From IMG/VR virus record IMGVR_UViG_2690316273_000016: a stretch of 7,929 nucleotides of DNA. One strand, 5' to 3'. The notes below the pieces were generated by a model that worked only from the letters and a program-made list of their open reading frames with translations, was not told where the DNA came from and ran no database searches. The DNA comes from a virus. Its lineage: Duplodnaviria; Heunggongvirae; Uroviricota; Caudoviricetes. Both the position numbers and the translations under genes were made by a program. Below are positions 6,066 through 7,929 of the stretch, piece by piece; position 1 is the stretch's first letter; every line of letters begins with the position of its first letter.

Positions 6066-6487
6066 CAGCACAGATAGCGGCTTACGGGCGGCTGGTGGCT
6101 GACCCGCAGTTAAAGACCACCAGCAAAGGGACACAAATGGCGATGGCGAGTATGGCGGTTCCCCTGCCGTGCAGCCAGGCAGATGACGGAACGGCGACGA
6201 TGTGGTTATCTGTCCTGGCGTTTGGCAGACAGGCCGACGCACTGGCAAAACACCACAAAGGCGAACTGGTGAGCGTGGCGGGTAACATGCAGGTGAGCCA
6301 GTGGACAGGCCAGAACGGGGAAACGCGGCAGGGCTGGCAGGTTATTGCAGACAGCGTAATCAGTGCGCGAACGGCGCGACCGGGCGGCAAAAAAGGTCAA
6401 CAGGGCCAGGCCACTGACGCACTGAACAGGGCAAAACAACAGACAAGCCAGCACGATGACCCGTACGGGGATAACATACCGTTTTAA
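6062..6487 (+). CDS. ssb: Single-stranded DNA-binding protein (SSB), OB-fold with acidic C-terminal tail
   Basis: 141 aa. N-terminal and core blocks parallel canonical SSB (IAAYGRLVADPQL resembles VILVGNLGQDPEV; MWLSVLAFGRQADALAKHHKGELVSVAGNMQVSQWTGQNGETRQGWQVIADSV resembles the SSB L45/OB core). A low-complexity G/Q-rich linker precedes a C-terminal …DDPYGDNIPF matching the SSB partner-binding tip (D-I-P-F). Confidence 0.85.
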   Translation: MTAQIAAYGRLVADPQLKTTSKGTQMAMASMAVPLPCSQADDGTATMWLSVLAFGRQADALAKHHKGELVSVAGNMQVSQWTGQNGETRQGWQVIADSVISARTARPGGKKGQQGQATDALNRAKQQTSQHDDPYGDNIPF

Positions 6488-6523
6488 TTCACAACAGCGA
6501 ACAGAGTAATTACAGGGGAAGGC

Positions 6524-7054
6524 ATGACAACGCTGACCATTAACCGGAAGCCGAAAGGCATTTACGGCACGCCGCAGAAAACGACGCAGGCGGCGCAAGA
6601 GCAGGATAAAACCACATCGGCGCATAAAGTGATACCCGGCAATCAGAACGCACAGCAGAAGCCCACAGGGGCGACACCGTGGCAGCATATGACCAAAAGG
6701 CAGCGCAAAAACCGCCGACGCGTTAACCGCCTCACTGAGATGTGGCCTGACTTATTCAGCCATAAAGCACCGAAGCCGCTTAAGGTGGGGATATTCGACG
6801 ACCTGATGCAGGATATCGCCGTCAGGGGGCTGGCATTCGGGCCGGGGGTATTACGTGCGACGCTGGCATCCTATGCGCAGTCTCCGCGCTATTACCGCGC
6901 CCTGATAGCTGGTGGCGCACGTTACGATCTGAAAGGCCAGCCATGTGGGGAAGTGACACCACAGGAACAGCAGGAGGCAGAAACACGGCTGATGGTGCTG
7001 AATGAGAAGCACAAGCGCCAGCGCCGGGCAGCAAAGGGGGATACATGCCAGTGA
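6524..7054 (+). CDS. FinO/ProQ-domain protein (putative RNA chaperone)
   Basis: 176 aa. Basic, low-complexity N-terminal half, then a block MWPDLFSHKAPKPLKVGIFDDLMQDIAVRGLAFGPGVLRATLASYAQSPRYYRALIAGGARYDLKGQPCGEVTPQEQQEAE that aligns by eye with the F-plasmid FinO core (WWPGLF…GIRDVLLEDVAQR…[40 protein letters not shown]). Stop overlaps the next ATG. Confidence 0.8.
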   Translation: MTTLTINRKPKGIYGTPQKTTQAAQEQDKTTSAHKVIPGNQNAQQKPTGATPWQHMTKRQRKNRRRVNRLTEMWPDLFSHKAPKPLKVGIFDDLMQDIAVRGLAFGPGVLRATLASYAQSPRYYRALIAGGARYDLKGQPCGEVTPQEQQEAETRLMVLNEKHKRQRRAAKGDTCQ

Positions 7055-7293
7055 CATTTGAAGAAGTTCAGCAACATAAAAAGCTTCATGGTTTTGATGA
7101 TCTGGAAACCACGACAGCAAAAAAATATCGTCGGTTGCTTTCTTCCGATGCGTTATTTTTTGTGGATCATCATGATTTTCTGCGTAGCTCACTGACCGGG
7201 GAAATTTTCGCAACCAACCGTGAGCAGGTGGAAGCGATGATCGAATATTTGTGGAAAATAAGACGCAGAATGCGGGAGCCAGTGAAACAATAA
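7045..7293 (+). CDS. Hypothetical protein (82 aa), last gene of the accessory operon
   Basis: ATG 7045 four nt after GGGGG (7036-7040), overlapping the upstream stop (TGA 7052-7054); stop TAA 7291-7293, followed immediately by an intrinsic terminator. No family recognised. Confidence 0.6.
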   Translation: MPVTFEEVQQHKKLHGFDDLETTTAKKYRRLLSSDALFFVDHHDFLRSSLTGEIFATNREQVEAMIEYLWKIRRRMREPVKQ

Positions 7294-7302
7294 AGCGATA
7301 AA

Positions 7303-7329
7303 GGCCCGGATTTTTTCCGGGCCTTTTTT
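7303..7329 (+). terminator. Rho-independent terminator closing the accessory operon
   Basis: Stem GGCCCGGA (7303-7310) / TCCGGGCC (7316-7323), loop ttttt, then TTTTTT (7324-7329), ten nt after the stop of the last ORF. Confidence 0.75.
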
Positions 7330-7347
7330 CAGGTTTTGTAAATTATT

Positions 7348-7377
7348 TGTTCGTGGTTGTTCCAGGTTGTTCGGTGA
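7348..7377. repeat. Three tandem 10-bp units TTGTTC-N4 (ttgttcgtgg / ttgttccagg / ttgttcggtg), inverted copy of the 1121-1170 array
   Basis: Read directly; its reverse complement (caccgaacaacctggaacaaccacgaacaa) matches 1148-1166. Sits just upstream of a candidate -35 at 7390. Confidence 0.5.
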
Positions 7378-7389
7378 TTCTGGCTGATG

Positions 7390-7417
7390 TTTACATACTG
7401 ATTTTTATGTATATGTT
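7390..7417 (+). promoter_or_regulatory. Candidate sigma70-like promoter for the capsid operon
   Basis: -35 TTTACA (7390-7395), 16-bp spacer, -10 TATGTT (7412-7417). Predicts a leader of about 140 nt before the ATG at 7567. Weak, sequence-only. Confidence 0.3.
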
Positions 7418-7566
7418 GGCGTGTGGCACTCAGACGTGAGCCGCCACAATGCCGCCTGACCCCCTGCGCGATGCCGGGTTGATCTGCGAGATGCCGAGAG
7501 TGTCGGGCGGCGCTCCCCCCGTGTTGGTTTCACGTCCTGAATCTTAACCAATGCGAGAAAACCTTC

Positions 7567-7929
7567 ATGAAGAAATTAATCGAACTCCGCCAGCAAAAAA
7601 CCGCCCTGAAAAACCAGATGCGATCCCTGCTGGAAAAAGCCGACAGTGAAAACCGCAGCCTGAACGATGACGAAGGCAAACAGTTTGATGAACTGCGTGC
7701 AAAAGCCGATTCCCTCGACACAGAAATTTCCCGCCTCGAGTCTGTGGCTGATGAAGAACGTAACCAGCCTGGTGTTCCCGTCGAAGATAAAATCACCAAA
7801 AATGAGCTACGCTCTTACATTCTGACCGGGGAAACCCGCAACCTGTCCGGCAGTGTTCCGGCTGATGGTGGTTATACGGTTATCCCGGAACTGAACAGAG
7901 AAATTATGCGTCAGCTTTCTGATGAGTCG
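7567..7929 (+). CDS. HK97-family major capsid protein, N-terminal 121 aa (3'-partial, runs off the window)
   Basis: Not in the ORF track (no stop inside the window). ATG at 7567, open in frame to 7929. Translation: a charged coiled-coil-like N-terminus (MKKLIELRQQKTALKNQMRSLLEKADSENRSLNDDEGKQFDELRAKADSLDTEISRLES…) followed by …PADGGYTVIPELNREIMRQLSDES, matching the characteristic GGYLVP-E---I--L motif near the start of HK97-fold capsid proteins. Confidence 0.7.
   Translation, partial: MKKLIELRQQKTALKNQMRSLLEKADSENRSLNDDEGKQFDELRAKADSLDTEISRLESVADEERNQPGVPVEDKITKNELRSYILTGETRNLSGSVPADGGYTVIPELNREIMRQLSDES

Noticed and set aside
5793-6688. Minus-strand ORFs 5793-6248, 5852-6037, 6082-6390 and 6206-6688
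   Set aside because: Cys/Arg/Pro-rich translations antisense to the SSB and neighbouring genes, which have recognisable family features and coupled starts; judged to be shadows.
6822-7213. Minus-strand ORFs opposite the FinO-like gene
   Set aside because: Overlap a plus-strand gene with clear FinO-domain similarity; no start signals.
7530-7799. Minus-strand 89-aa ORF
   Set aside because: Antisense to the capsid gene start, which shows clear HK97-type motifs; Ser/Arg-rich translation.

Overview
This 7.9 kb window appears to be the integrase-proximal arm of an integrated phage satellite or PICI-type island (P4-like), in a roughly 50% GC, enterobacterial-looking background. All calls rest on reading the translations and the DNA by eye; no database search was run. 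Left to right: a 5'-truncated P4-family tyrosine integrase; an AlpA-family regulator; a hairpin-rich stretch with no convincing protein; a divergent switch (small leftward regulator gene, three palindromic operators, rightward promoter); a translationally coupled rightward operon of five small ORFs ending in a P4-family primase/SF3-helicase-like replication protein; an iteron-dense putative origin; an accessory operon (small ORF, SSB, FinO/ProQ-domain protein, small ORF) closed by a clean intrinsic terminator; then a promoter with long GC-rich leader and the first 121 codons of an HK97-family major capsid gene. Two short arrays of 10-bp-periodic ACAA/TTGTTC repeats sit in inverted orientation at about 1121-1170 and 7348-7377. 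No tRNA, rRNA, CRISPR array or IS element was seen. The best candidates for something undescribed are the SSB plus FinO/ProQ-like operon between the origin and the capsid gene, the non-coding-looking region after alpA, and the inverted repeat arrays.
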